From an uncultured Alphaproteobacteria bacterium (GTDB taxonomy: Bacteria; Pseudomonadota; Alphaproteobacteria; Rhizobiales; Xanthobacteraceae): 64,000 nucleotides of DNA. Positions within the stretch are counted from its first letter, which is position 1. Each line of letters begins with the position of its first letter. A program made the translations under genes and the position numbers. Under the pieces are notes generated by a model. That model saw only the letters and a list, made by a program, of their open reading frames with translations. It was not told the origin of the DNA and did no database searches. This document shows, piece after piece, positions 1-11,092 of this stretch. The stretch spans positions 28,017 through 92,016 of the forward strand of contig CAWDQG010000030.1 of NCBI GenBank assembly GCA_963804405.1, written 5' to 3'.

Positions 1-1
1 G

Positions 2-681
2 CAGGGAATCGGTGCTGCTCTCGTTCAGTGCGTTCAGAAGCCGCAATTATAGGGTCGTTGCGAATTCGCGATCGATCAAAGCAATTGCTGATCCGGACGT
101 AGTCGCTGTGCCGGGAGATGTCGCCGACCCGAAGACGGCTGATCTGGTGTTCGAGGAAGCGCTTAAGCCGCTTTGGCCATGTCGATACGCTGGTCAACAA
201 CGCCGGTGTCTTCATGGCCAAGCCATTTACCGCCTATTCGAAGGATGACTACGCCGTCAATATGGCGACAAATGTCACGGGCTTCTTTCACATGACTCAA
301 CGCGCCATAGAGGCGATGAACAAGCAAGGGCGCGGTCATGTGGTGACGATCACGACAAGCGTGGTTGATCAGCCGATGACCAGCGTGCCATCTGTGCTTG
401 CATCTCTCACCAAGGGAGCGTTGAACGCGGCGACGAAGTCGCTCGCGATAGAGTGCGCAAAAAGTGGCGTGCGCGTGAATGCCGTTTCAGCTGGAATCAT
501 CAAGACTCCGATGCATCCGGTCGAGACCCATCAGTTTTTTGCATCGTTGCATCCGATGGGTCGAATGGGAGAAATATCTGACATCGTTGATGCTGTGATG
601 TACTTGGACTCGGCGGGATTCGTAACTGGAGAAATTCTCCATGTGGACGGCGGGCAGGCAGCCGGTCACCATACATTTTAG
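2..681 (+). pseudogene. SDR-family oxidoreductase; 5' end cut by window edge; frame broken near 29 and 168
   Basis: Three frames join into one SDR: QGIGAALVQ (2-28), then AFRSRNYRVVANSRS...DVADPKTADLVFEEALK (30-167), then RFGHVDTLVNNAG...VNAVSAGIIKTPM...GEILHVDGG (169-681). Each junction is repaired by removing one base (t29; one c of aagCCgc at 168). Confidence 0.8.
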
Positions 682-740
682 CTGGCCGTGGCCGTCGCGC
701 GTGCGAGTTTCATCGACCAGCAAACGTTCATCGCAAAGCT

Positions 741-2618
741 TCACGCCGGCGCCTTCTCCTGCGCCATGAAGGCGCGCCAGCCGCCGAAGCTTGAAATATC
801 GCGCGCGCCGTCGATGGCTTCGGCCTCGACCAGAAAGCCTTTGACCGCGCGGCCGCCGCCGAGTTCGAGCGTGCCGATCGACAACGGCGGCGGCACCGCG
901 GCGACAAACCGGCCGAACGCGCTTTCCGACAGCGCCCAGACTTCGATCTCGATGGCGGCGCCGGCGCCGTTTTTCACGCGCAGCAGGCCGGGCTTCGGCG
1001 GCCGCGTGCCGGCAAGCGCATAAAGCCGGTAATGCGGCGCAGTCGCGCCGCGCTCAATCAGCCGCGCGCCGGCGGCGCGCAATTCGCCATTAAGCGGCAT
1101 GCCGGAGAGATGCGCGCCGACCACGGCGAGCGGAATTTCGCCGTCGGCCAGCGCCGGCACGTCGCGCGCCGAGCGGCGGCTGCGGATATTTCAGCGCGCC
1201 GAGCGGCAGGCCGGTCGCGGCATGAAACATCCGGCCGATCGCTGCCAGCAGGGCATCCTCGCCGGCGAGCGCGAGCAAAGTCACGCCGAACGGCGCGCCA
1301 TCGGAGCGCATCGATGCCGGCACCGCCAGCGCGCACATGTCGAGCAAATTGACGAAGTTGGTGTAGGTGCCGAGCCGGCTGTTGAGCCCGATCGGATCGG
1401 CCAGCACCTGCTCGACCGTATAAATTGTCGGCGCAGTCGGCAGCACCATGGCGTCGATGTTGCGGAACACGTGGTCGCGCACACGCTGCAAATCCTCGAG
1501 CTGATAGAAAGCGGCGAAGGCGTCGGCCGCGGTGCCGTGAGCGCCGGCGAGGATGATCTGGCGCGTCACCGGATGCAGCGATTCCGGCGAGGAGGCGATC
1601 AGCGCGCGCGTCGTCAGATAGCGCTCGGCGACCCAAGGCCCTTCGTAAAGCAGCCGCGCCGCCGCGTAGAACGGCTCAATGTCGATCTCCACGATCTTGG
1701 CGCCAAGCGCAGCGAATTGCGCCAGCGAAGCCTGGTACAAAGCCTCCGACATGCGATCGCCGAAGAACAAGCGCTGACCGGGAAGCGGCACGCCGAGCCG
1801 AAGCCCTTCCGGCATCGGCCCGACGCCACGCGGCGGCGGCGGCCGGGAAGCGCCGTCGGCGGCGTCCGGCGCCGCAATCACCGCCAGCATTGCCATCGCG
1901 TCATCGACGGTCAGCGCGAAAACCGAAACGCAATCGAGCGTGCGGCAAGCGGGCACGACACCGGCATTCGAAACCAGACCGCGGCTCGGCTTCAATCCGA
2001 CAATATTGCCGAACCTGCCGGGACGCGGCCCGATCCGGCGGTATCGGTGCCGAGCGCCAGCGGTGTGATTCCGGCGCCGACCGCGAGCGCCGAGCCGGTG
2101 CTCGATCCGCCGGGAATGAGTTTCGGATCGAACAGATTGCGGCCGATGCCATACGGCGTGCGCACGCCGACCAGGCCGGTGGCAAACTGATCGAGATTGG
2201 TCTTGCCAAGAATGATCGCGCCGGCTTCGCGCAGCCGCGCGACGCACGCCGCGTCCTTGCTGGGACGATAGCTGTAAGCCGGGCATGCCGCCGTCGTCGG
2301 CAAGCCTTTGACGTCGATATTGTCTTTGACGGAAACCGGAATGCCGTAGAGCGGCAGCGATTTGCCGCCGGCTTTTTCCAGCGCTCGCGCTTCGGCGCGA
2401 ACCTCGGCTTCATCGCGCAGCGCAATGAAGATCGCCGGATCGTCATGGGCGCGGATGCGCGCAAAGCTCCGCGCGACGATGTCGTCGGGCTTAAGGGCAC
2501 CGCTCCGATAGGCGTCGAGGATTTCGGCGACAGTCTCGGTCACGACGGCTCCGTTCTGGCATTGCGAGCGGGACCCGGCGACCCCTTCGCTGCCCTCTTT
2601 GTGCCAAATCCGGGCCAT
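741..2618 (-). pseudogene. Allophanate hydrolase (amidase-signature N-domain plus C-terminal AH domain), two frame breaks
   Basis: ORFs 1992..2618, 1090..2286 and 741..1160 lie in three frames and read on from each other. They give GIPVSVKDNIDV, GGSSTGSALAV, GTDTAGSGRVPA | FGNIVGLKPSRG ... then IPLAVVGAHLSGMPLN...HYRLYAL. Breaks are near 2014 (gg where ggg is needed) and near 1167 (gc run). Start codon uncertain. Confidence 0.8.
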
Positions 2619-2787
2619 TGCGCAATGGGCACGGGGTCAGCCCTATGTGCAGGCGAAATCAGCGGAATTACCTAGTCGGTTGCGCCGGAGCGGTCCGCCG
2701 CCTATATTCCGGGCGCTTTTCAGTCATCGTTGATGACGTAGGTGGCTTCGTCCGGATGGGCGGGCGGAGCGCAGAGGAGATTTGCAC

Positions 2788-3489
2788 ATGGCTACCGCCC
2801 CTTTGATGCCGAAAGCGACGGCGGTGTGGCTGGTCGAGAATACCGCGCTGTCGTTCGATCAGATCGCCCAATTCTGCAACCTGCATCCGCTGGAGGTGAA
2901 GGCGATCGCCGACGGCGATGCTGCGCAAGGCATCAAGGGCTTGGACCCGATCCTGACCGGGCAGCTGACACGCGAGGAGATCGCCGACGCCGAGGCGCAT
3001 CCGGATCATCGGCTGCATATCGCCGATCCCAAGGTCCGCCTGCCCGAGGCCAAGCAAAAGAAGGGGCCGCGCTACACGCCGGTGTCGCGCCGCCAGGACC
3101 GGCCGAACGCCATCCTCTGGCTGGTGCGCAATCATCCGGAGCTCAAGGACAGCCAGATCATGCGGCTGGTCGGCACGACGAAATCGACCATCCAGGCCAT
3201 TCGCGAACGGACCCACTGGAACTCGGCCAACCTCACCCCGCTCGATCCGGTGACGCTCGGCCTGTGCTCGCAGATCGATCTCGACCTCGAGGTGCAACGC
3301 GCCGCCAAGGAAAAGCCGGTGCCGGTCGAGGCGCAGGGTGCCACGCTCTTGCCCGCGTCGGTCACCACCGCGCCGAAAGAGGAGCCGGAGGCAGAGCCGA
3401 CTCCCGCCGCCGTGAAGAAATCGGACGATCTCAACGTCGAAGCGGTGTTCGCCAAGCTCAAGCAGCTTGGCGGCGGCAAGGGCGAATAA
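2788..3489 (+). CDS. trcR: DUF1013 protein / cell-cycle transcriptional regulator TrcR family
   Basis: ORF 2782..3489 trimmed to ATG 2788, with GAGGAG 8-10 nt upstream. MPKATAVWLVENTALSFDQIAQFCNLHPLEVKAIADG...NAILWLVRNHPELKD...TIQAIRERTHWNSANL matches my memory of the alphaproteobacterial DUF1013 family. Intact. Confidence 0.8.
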   Translation: MATAPLMPKATAVWLVENTALSFDQIAQFCNLHPLEVKAIADGDAAQGIKGLDPILTGQLTREEIADAEAHPDHRLHIADPKVRLPEAKQKKGPRYTPVSRRQDRPNAILWLVRNHPELKDSQIMRLVGTTKSTIQAIRERTHWNSANLTPLDPVTLGLCSQIDLDLEVQRAAKEKPVPVEAQGATLLPASVTTAPKEEPEAEPTPAAVKKSDDLNVEAVFAKLKQLGGGKGE

Positions 3490-3496
3490 GCTTCGC

Positions 3497-3517
3497 CGCG
3501 GCCGTTACCGCGTTTTT
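3497..3517 (+). terminator. Weak intrinsic-terminator-like hairpin after trcR (convergent gene pair)
   Basis: cgcgg-ccgtta-ccgcg followed by ttttt, 8 nt after the stop codon. The stem is only 5 bp. A second short hairpin (agcgg..ccgct) sits next to the stop of the convergent SDR. Confidence 0.3.
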
Positions 3518-3541
3518 AAATCAAAGCGGTTCGCCGGCCGC

Positions 3542-4315
3542 TTAGTGCATTTCCCAGCCGCCGTCGACATTGAAGGCGGCGCCGGTGATGTTTTCCGCCC
3601 GATCGGAGGCTAGGAAAGCAGCCATCTCGCCGATGTCCTTCGGCGTCTGGAAACGACCAAGCGGAATGCGGCCCTTGAACCACGCCCAGGTATCCTCCTC
3701 CTTCTGGCCCTGCAGCTTGGAGAATTGGGCTACCACCGCCGAATGCAGGTCGGTTGCCAGGATGCCGGGATGGATCGAGTTGACCGTGATGTTGTGCGGG
3801 GCGAGTTCCGAGGCGAGACTGTGCGTCATGCCGGTAACGGCAAATTTCGACGCCACGTAGGGCAGCACCATCGCGAAACCGGTCTGGCCGACAATCGACG
3901 AGATGTTGATGATGCGGCCGCCCTTCTGATCGATCATACCTTGCACGAAGGCGCGCGTGGTCAGGAACAGGCCGCGCGCATTGACGTTCATGACACGGTC
4001 GTATTCCTCGTCGGTCGTGTGCTGCACCGGCCCCGGCTTCGGCCCGACGCCCGCATTGTTGACGAGGATGTCGACGCGACCGAACGCATCCACGGCCTTT
4101 TGCCGCAAACGCTTCGAAAACTCGCCGTCGCGAACATCATGTTCGACGGCGATCGCCCGACCAGTCAAAGTCTTTGCGCTTTTTTCCGCGGTGGCGCCGT
4201 CGATGTCGGCCACCACAACCGCAGCGCCGGCGGCACTCAATCGCTCGGCGATTCCCAGCCCTATGCCGCGCGCAGCACCCGTGACCACGGCAACGCGCCC
4301 GTCGAGATCAGCCAT
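3542..4315 (-). CDS. SDR-family oxidoreductase
   Basis: ORF 3542..4402 trimmed to ATG 4315, preceded by GGGGAGGAAGAC. Motifs TGAARGIG, NNAG, YVASK, and C-terminal NVDGG. Intact. Confidence 0.85.
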   Translation of the reverse strand: MADLDGRVAVVTGAARGIGLGIAERLSAAGAAVVVADIDGATAEKSAKTLTGRAIAVEHDVRDGEFSKRLRQKAVDAFGRVDILVNNAGVGPKPGPVQHTTDEEYDRVMNVNARGLFLTTRAFVQGMIDQKGGRIINISSIVGQTGFAMVLPYVASKFAVTGMTHSLASELAPHNITVNSIHPGILATDLHSAVVAQFSKLQGQKEEDTWAWFKGRIPLGRFQTPKDIGEMAAFLASDRAENITGAAFNVDGGWEMH

Positions 4316-4478
4316 GTCTTCCTCCCCTTGACTGCAGCAAACATTTTGCGCCGAAGCTGACATCTGCAATCGGTGTTGAACAATCGGATTTTCCGACTGC
4401 AACCATCGAACAAATCGATAGTTACCTCCGCTGCGGCGCCCGAGGCTTATGGCGCGAAGCTAACGTGACGCGCGAAAT

Positions 4479-5768
4479 CTACTTTCTGGCGTCGGCGTAC
4501 GGATAGATCATGTCGCCGGTCTTGTATTGCGGTGGCCAAAGGATCGGCTGCTTGCTGCCGTCGCCAAACTGCTCGATGTCGTTCGGCGCTACGTTCTGGA
4601 ATTGCGTGAAGACGATGCGCGGCTTCGCCCATTCGCCGTCCTTGGCGAAGGCGATGTCGCCGGCCACGGTCGCGAAACTGTGGGTGTGCATGTAGTCGGC
4701 GAGCGTATTCTGATCGAGGCTTTTGGTGGCTTCGACCGCCTGCGCCAGCACTTGCCCGGCGGCATAGCCGAACGGCACGAAGCCATAGCCGAACGGATCG
4801 ATCTTCTCGCCCGCAGCCGCCGCGCGATAGCGCTTGAGCACATCGGCGAGGCCGGGAAAGTTGAAGGTCGGCGCCGGCACAAAGCTTTCCATAATGACGA
4901 TGCCGTCGAGGATCGGGCCAAGCTGGGCCTTGATCGGCGTGATGAGCAAGCCAATCATGGTGCCGCCGAACATTTTCGGCGTCAGGCCGATCTCATGCGC
5001 GGCGCGGACAATGCCGACGGTGTCCGGCGGATAAGCGGCGACGAACACGATGTCGGGGTTCGCCGCCTGGATCGCGCGCACGGTCGGCGCAAAGTCCGTG
5101 GTCGGCGGCGGATAGCTTTTGTCGTAGACGATCTTGAACCCGTACTCGGCGGCGTTCTCGCGCGCGCCGTCGGCGGAGGTTGTGGCGAACTCGGCGTCGG
5201 CGGCGAGGATCGCCAATGTCTGCGGCTTTGGCTGCTGCGCGGCGGCGAGCTCGAAGAAGCCCTTGGAGAACGCCTTCACGCCTTCCGGACCGACCGGGAT
5301 CATCGAAAAGTATCGCGAGTAGTTGAAGTGCCGGTTCACGGCCGACGCCGAGAATGCTGATGGTGGTCTTGTTGTTCTCCATGATCACCGGCATCGCCGC
5401 CGCCACCATGTTGGTCGCGTAGGGACCGAGGATCAGATCGACTTTGTCGACGCTGATCAGCTTGGTGTAGATGCCGGGCACATTCGACGGATTGCTCTGG
5501 TCGTCGTAGGTAGACCAGCTCGACCGGCCGCCCGAGCAGCCCGCCTTTGGCGTTGACATCGTCACGCCAAAGCTGGAGCGCGATCAGAAGCTGCTTGCCG
5601 TTCTGCGCCACGCCGCCGGTCATGGCCATGCTGAAGCCGACTTTGATCGGCTCGGCGGCGGACGCCGGCGATTTGCGGCAGAGCAACAACAGCGCGGCGG
5701 CGATGCCCGCCGCCACGCACGACGCGCCGGATCGGTCCGGCGCAGCCTTTGGCCACGCCCCGAGCCAT
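4479..5768 (-). pseudogene. ABC transporter substrate-binding protein (branched-chain amino acid/amide type), three frame breaks
   Basis: ATG 5768 has a strong GGGAGGG RBS (MARGVAKG...). Frame changes occur near 5717, 5510 (tacCtac) and 5340 (ggcCgtg). The joined text reads ...AAEPIKVGFSMAMTGGVAQNGKQ...GRPVELVY|YDDQSNPSNVPGIYTKL...ISILGVG|VNRHFNYSRYFSMIPVG... through to the ORF 4479..5339 C-terminus. Confidence 0.75.
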
Positions 5769-5811
5769 GCAGCCCTCCCGATTTAGCCGGCGAGCCGGTC
5801 GCCGCCGATCG

Positions 5812-6697
5812 TTATTTCATCATTTCGTCGCCCGGCATCACGCCCCAGAGGTTCGAGGCCGAGGGATCCTTCTCCCACACCTTGGGCCGCTGCGGATTGT
5901 CGCGGTGCCACGGCCGCGGCTCGAAATAGCCGAGCTCCTCGTTCATGCGGTCGAGCTCGCAGAACGTTTCGGTGATCAGCCCGTTGGGCGCGCGGTGATA
6001 GGCGAAGAGATTGTGACCGATGCCGTGCCGGCCCGGTCCCCACAGAAGCTTGTAGCCGTTGAGGCTGAGGAAGTCGCACGCCTCGTGCATATGGCCCCAA
6101 TCGCGCAGCTCGAAGGCGGTGTGGAAATGGCGGTTCGAGCCGGTCTCCATCAGATTGATGGTGTGATGATCGGGACTGCAGCGCAGGAACGAGAAGAAAT
6201 CTCCCATCCAGTCGGATTCGCGAAAGCCGAGCACGTCGCAATAGAACTTGGTCACGTGCTTCACGTCGGTGACGTGGAACGCGACATGACCGAGCTTGAA
6301 CGGCACGATGCCCTTGTGGGTGAATTTCTGGTGCGAGAAGGCGTCGCGCTTGAACACCTGCATGGTCGTGCCCTTCGGGTCGGCGAACGTGACCGCGTCC
6401 TTGATCGAAGGCTCGGGGTCCTTCTTGCGCTGGGTTTTGACCTGGTGCGCGGCAACTTGCTTCTCGAATGCGTCGAGATCGGCGTCAGGCGGAATCTGGA
6501 AGGCAAGGCTCACGCAGCTTGCCTGCGCGCCGCGCCGCAAGACGATGGAATGATGATCGACCGTGGAGGCGAGGTAGGCGACGTCCTTCTCCTTGGCGAC
6601 CTGCGTCAGCCCCATAATCGTCGGTGTAATATTCCGTCTGCTTGTCGAGATCGGGCGTCTCGTAGGTGGCGTGGGCGATCTTGTTGACGCGGATCAT
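5812..6697 (-). pseudogene. Type I extradiol ring-cleavage dioxygenase (VOC superfamily), one frame break
   Basis: ORF 6485..6697 (MIRVNKIAHATYETPDLDKQTEYYTD) continues in ORF 5812..6615 (MGLTQVAKEKD...KLGHVAFHVTD...HHTINLME...HTAFEL...GPGRHGIGHNLFAYH). Break within 6616-6622. Confidence 0.75.
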
Positions 6698-6709
6698 GCG
6701 GATTCTCCT

Positions 6710-7629
6710 TTAGCATCTGCTGTGGTTGCCCTTGCGAGCAACGGACTGTTCGGATTTTTCTCGCGGCAGCGAGCCGATGACGTCGATCATGGCGGCGCCG
6801 TCGCAATCGGATAGTCCCATCGCCACAAATCGTTCGAACAGTTCGGCGGTGCGATCCAAAAGCGGCGTCGCCACGCCGACGCCGTCGGCGAATTCGCCGA
6901 TCATCTCGATATAGTGCTGCAGGCCGGGTATCGGGCCCTGCAGCGGCTTGAAGCGCCGCTCCGCCATCCACGGCGCGCGAATGCCGAACTGGGTCGAGCC
7001 GCCGCTGCCGTTGGCGATCGCCTTGATCATCAGATCGACGTCGACGCCGGCTTTGACACCGAGCGCCATCGCCTCGGCGGTGGCGGCGATGTGAATCGAG
7101 ACCAGAAGATTGTTGATGAGCTTGACCCGGCTCGCCGCGCCAAACGCGCCGAAGTAAATGCAGGAATCGGCAAAGCCGGCGACCACCGGCTCGATTTTCT
7201 TGCAGGCCTGCTCGTCGCCGGCGAGAAACACCACGCCCTTGCGCGCCAGCAACCATGCCCGGCGTACCGGCAACTTCGCCGTCGATGAAGAACGCGCCCT
7301 TCTCCGCGAGCGGCGCGACGTGCCGCTGCTTGACCGGAACCGGATACGAGCCGAGCTCGACCACGATCTGACCCGGCCGCGCCGAGCTGAATGAGCCCGT
7401 CGGGACCTTGCACGACTTCTTCGAGCGCCTCGTCGGACGGCAGGCAGGAAAAAACGATATCGGCTTGCGCGCCGACTTCGGCGGCCGAACGCGCCGGCAC
7501 GCCGCCGATCTTCGCAAACTCGTCGAGCGAGCTGCGGCGATAGCCGACGACCCGGTAACCGCTCTTGATCAGGTTTTGCGAGATCGGCATGCCGATCTTG
7601 CCGACGCCGACAAAGCCGACGGTCTCCAT
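6710..7629 (-). pseudogene. NAD(P)-dependent 3-hydroxyisobutyrate/6-phosphogluconate dehydrogenase-like oxidoreductase, two frame breaks
   Basis: METVGFVGVGKIGMPISQNL (Rossmann) in ORF 7030..7629. The middle part SARPGQIVVELGSYPVPVKQRH...DGEVAGTPGMV is in the frame of ORF 6606..7517. ARKGVVFLAGDEQ...RVKLINNLL... is in ORF 6710..7273. Breaks near 7385 and 7246. Confidence 0.75.
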
Positions 7630-7638
7630 TCTACTCCC

Positions 7639-8016
7639 CTACGCTACTTCGACCGACTGATCGGAGAGATTGACCCGCAAGCCGAGCGTGCCCTCCATGA
7701 TCGTCCATTCCTTGAGCTCAAAAGTCCGCAGTCCGTTGCGCACGAACGGATCGGCTTCCGCCAGCGCGCGCGCCTCTTCGGCGCTGGCTACCCGCAGGAT
7801 CGTCAGGCCGGCGCCGCTCGGCGGTCCGGCGCCATCGCTCAGCGGTCCGGACGCAAACAAGACGCCGCGCTTCTCCAGCCCGATCATGTATTCGAGATGC
7901 GCCGGCAGCAGCGCCTTCAGCTTCTCCGGCGTCGCCGACGGCTGCGACAGCACGGCATAAAATTTCCGCCGCAGCATTTTCTGCGTCAGCTCGGCGATGC
8001 GCTGCTCGACGTCCAT
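7639..8016 (-). CDS. YciI-like protein
   Basis: 125-aa ORF of YciI/DGPF-type size and pattern (...HLEYMIGLEKRGVLFASGPL...LTILRVASAEEARALAEADPFV...). Intact. Lies in the same strand run as the flavin monooxygenase genes. Confidence 0.6.
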   Translation of the reverse strand: MDVEQRIAELTQKMLRRKFYAVLSQPSATPEKLKALLPAHLEYMIGLEKRGVLFASGPLSDGAGPPSGAGLTILRVASAEEARALAEADPFVRNGLRTFELKEWTIMEGTLGLRVNLSDQSVEVA

Positions 8017-8033
8017 AACGCGCCGATCCTCCC

Positions 8034-8137
8034 TGGATCATGAGCCGATGCAGTTGAACCGGATCATGATCTAAATGTTTCGTTGGAGCATGATCTTTTT
8101 CGGAAAACCGGCTTTCAGTTTTCCGGATCATGCTCGA
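8034..8137 (+). repeat. Bipartite hairpin repeat, copy A (full length, most diverged)
   Basis: tggatcatgagccgatgcagttgaaccggatcatgatcta + ggagcatgatctttttcggaaaaccggctttcagttttccggatcatgctc. Aligns with copies at 21557 and 42391. Sits between the flavin reductase stop and the yciI-like start. Confidence 0.85.
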
Positions 8138-8269
8138 AAGCCTATTTGCTGCATGGTCCGCCGTTCCGGCGCGCCATGTCAACATCGAGACTCAAACATC
8201 GTCGCCATCGTTCAACCTGAAGTTCAGGATGAACGACGCGACGCATTCCGCTTTGCACGTCACCAAATC

Positions 8270-8794
8270 TCAGGCGGCCCGACCGGTATATTGTCCGTCG
8301 ACGTAGATCAGCGGATCGACGTCGCCGTTGGTGGAGATCGAGATGATGCGGCCCATGAATACGGTATGCGTGCCGTATTCGAGCTGCTCGTCCTTGCGGC
8401 AAATGATGGCGGCCTGCGCGTCGACCAGCACCGGCGCGGCCGCGCGCGTGTCCCAGTCGCCGACATTGAACCGGTCTTCCGCGCTCGCCTCGCCGCTGCA
8501 AAGCCTCGAAATGACGACGTGCGCGCGGCTCAGCACATTGATGCCGAATTCGCTGGCCTGACTGAGCGCGGCGTGGAACGTCGCCGATCGATTGACGCAG
8601 ACCAGCATGGACGGCGGCTCCATGCTCAGCGCGCTGACCGAGGTCGCCGTCATCGCATAGTTGCGCGCGTTGTGGCGGCAGGTCACGACGCTGACCGAGC
8701 TCGCCAGACGCCGGAGCGCGCGTTTGGCGTCGGCGACGAGCTGCGAAGCCTGGGCGGCATCGGCCTCGACGACGTCGCACATCGAACGTGCCAT
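8270..8794 (-). CDS. Flavin reductase (HpaC-like small component)
   Basis: 174-aa ORF. ...LASSVSVVTCRHNARNYAMTATSVSALSMEPPSMLVCVNR...THTVFMGRI pattern of flavin reductase domain proteins. Adjacent to the oxygenase component. Intact. Confidence 0.75.
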   Translation of the reverse strand: MARSMCDVVEADAAQASQLVADAKRALRRLASSVSVVTCRHNARNYAMTATSVSALSMEPPSMLVCVNRSATFHAALSQASEFGINVLSRAHVVISRLCSGEASAEDRFNVGDWDTRAAAPVLVDAQAAIICRKDEQLEYGTHTVFMGRIISISTNGDVDPLIYVDGQYTGRAA

Positions 8795-8820
8795 TTGCGG
8801 ATGCGATCGTCATCGACAAC

Positions 8821-10023
8821 TCAATAGAGGCCGACCGGCTCGAGCCCGAGCCGTTGCTGTCCATACATCGCCGCGATCGCTTCCCAATCGAGACTGAGGT
8901 GCAGCGCGGCGGCGTTGACGTCGCGCCAGAAGCGCTGCAACGGCGCGGCGAGATCGCTGCCGGCGGCGCCTTCCTTGGCGAACAGGTCATTGACCACCGC
9001 CACCGATTGCTTGGCGGCGAAGCCTTGATTGCGGCGGATGGCGATGCGTTCGCCGACTTCCAACGGAACGCCGCGCCGCACTTTGTCTTCGGCGGCGGCG
9101 ACGCTGGACACGAGCAACGTGTACGCCGACTCGATCGTCGCCGATGCCGCGCCGATCTTGTTCTGGATCATCGGCGAGTTGGCCACCGGAACGATCATGC
9201 CCGGCTTGGCCGCGCGCACCCTGGTCTGCGCCATCTGGATAAAGGAATCGAGCGCGCCTTGCGCCATGCCGAGGATCGGCGACACCAAAGCGGTCGGGCC
9301 GAAAGTGGTGAAGCCGAAATTGCTCATGGCGTTGTTGTCGATCTGTCTTGCCCGGGACCGTTCCGGCAACGATATCGGCAAACCGCAGCATCCGGTGGTC
9401 CGGAACAAACACCGGCTTGTCGATGCGCACGGTCTTGCTGCCGGTTCCCTGCAGGCCGCTGGTGAACCAGGTGTCCTGATCGACGATCGATGTCGGTGAT
9501 CGGCACCAGGCACCACATCACGTCGGGCGGACCCTTGGCATTCGGCATCAGCGCGCCGAGCATCAGCCATTGGCTGTTTTCGCAGTTGCTGGCGTACGGC
9601 CAGGCGCCGGCGAGCTTGATGCCGCCGGGCACGATCTCGCACTCTTTGCTCGGATTGTAGGAGCCGGCGACAAGATTGTCGGGATCGCTCCAGACGTCCT
9701 GCTGGCCTTCGAGCGGAAAGTACGACGTCATCCACTGATAACACATGGCCAGCGAGCCGCACCAACCGGTGCTGCCGCAGACCGAGCCGAGCTCGAATGC
9801 GATTTGCGCCAATTCGGTGAGGCCGTATTCGAAGCCGCCGAACCGCGCCGGCCGCACCAGCTTGGTCAGCTCGGCGTCGCGCAAATGCTCCATCGTCTTC
9901 TTCGGCACCCGCCGATTGGTCTCGGTATCGCGGGCGGCGTCGCGGAAGATCGGCTTGAGAGCGCGCGACGCGATCGAGCAGAACGGAGAAATCGGTTCGT
10001 GTCGGCTTGGGGGCAAAAGGCAC
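8821..10023 (-). pseudogene. Acyl-CoA-dehydrogenase-fold flavin-dependent monooxygenase (oxygenase component), three frame breaks
   Basis: The text runs across three frames: DFSVLLDRVA|ALKPIFRDAARDTETNRRVPKKTMEHLRDAELTKLVRPARFGG...VPITDID|DQDTWFTSGLQGTGSKTVRIDKPVFVPDHRML...TVPG|QIDNNAMSNFGFTTFGP...LHLSLDWE. Breaks near 9963, 9485 and 9348. GTG start at 10023 is uncertain. Confidence 0.7.
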
Positions 10024-10186
10024 AGTCTTGAAGCCACGCTGGCCAGCTGCACGCTTCCTCCATCGATTTATTTGCTCTCGAGCAGGAAGCTGGCACCGCT
10101 ATTCGGTCATTGACAAATTGAGTTTTCCAACTTGAACTATCGGCCGGGCCGATGGTTGGCTGCAGGCTACTAACTGAATGTAATTT

Positions 10187-11087
10187 ATGCAGAATTTCGA
10201 CCTCAATCTGCTGTCGTCGCTGGATGCTCTGCTCGCCGAAAAGAACGTCACGCGGGCGGCAAAAAAGATGCACGTCACCCAGTCGACGATGAGCGGCATC
10301 TTGCGCCGCCTGCGCGATCAATTCGACGACGAGCTCCTGGTTCGCAACGGCCGCCGCTACGACCTGTCGCCGTTTGCGCAATCGCTCGCCATCACCGTGC
10401 GGCAGACGATTCTGCAGATCGATTCGACGATTTCGGCCAAGCCGGTGTTCGATCCGAAGAAGGACCGCCGGCGGTTTCGCATCATGGCGTCCGATTACAG
10501 CACCATGGTTTACCTGTCGGCGGTGTTCCGCCACGTCGAGAAACAGGCGCCGTATCTGAGCTACGACATCGTGCCGATCAACTCGCCGATCGACAATGTC
10601 CGCAACGGCACGGTCGACCTGTGCGTCACCGGCAATCCCTACACCCAGGCCGACGCGAGCTCCGACCAGTTCCTGCGCGCCGATACGCTGTTCTCGGAGG
10701 TCTATTGCTGCATCGTCGACAACGATCATCCGTTGCGCGGCGCCGTCACGCTGGACCAGCTGTTCGAGTTTCCCCACGTGGTGGCGCAGTTCGCCGGCGT
10801 GACGATGGCGACCAGCGAACTGAAAGCCGGCGCCGGCCGCAATCGCTCCAATCCGACGATCAATGTCTCCACCTTCAACGTCATTCCGACGCTGGTCCGC
10901 GGCACCAGATCGGTCGGCATTCTGCCAAGCCGCATGATGGACGTGGCGGCGGAGCGATCCGATTTGCGCAAGCTCGACGGTCGCCTTTGACATGCCGAAG
11001 TTCGACGAGCAATTGATCTGGCATTCGCGGTTTGCCTATGACCCGGCGTTCGGCTGGCTGCGCAGCGTCATGCTGAGCATGGCCTAG
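10187..11087 (+). pseudogene. LysR-family (NodD-like) transcriptional regulator, one frame break near C-terminus
   Basis: N-terminal wHTH LNLLSSLDALLAEKNVTRAAKKMHVTQSTMSGILRRLR. ORF 10187..10990 stops early, but the +1 frame continues AFDMPKFDEQLIWHSRFAYDPAFGWLRSVMLSMA to TAG 11085-11087. Break at gacGGtc 10979-10980. Divergent from the monooxygenase cluster. Confidence 0.75.
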
Positions 11088-11092
11088 GCCGT

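Noticed and set aside
1099-2190. Long ORFs antisense to or overlapping well-supported genes. Examples: 1099..2190 +, 9866..10993 -, 26840..27997 -, 44681..45850 -, 51415..53007 +, 56923..58047 +, 32967..33932 -, 63173..63901 -.
   Set aside because: They have Arg/Ala/Gly/Pro-rich, low-complexity translations with no recognisable motifs. Each lies opposite a gene with clear family signatures. Such shadow ORFs are expected in GC-rich DNA.
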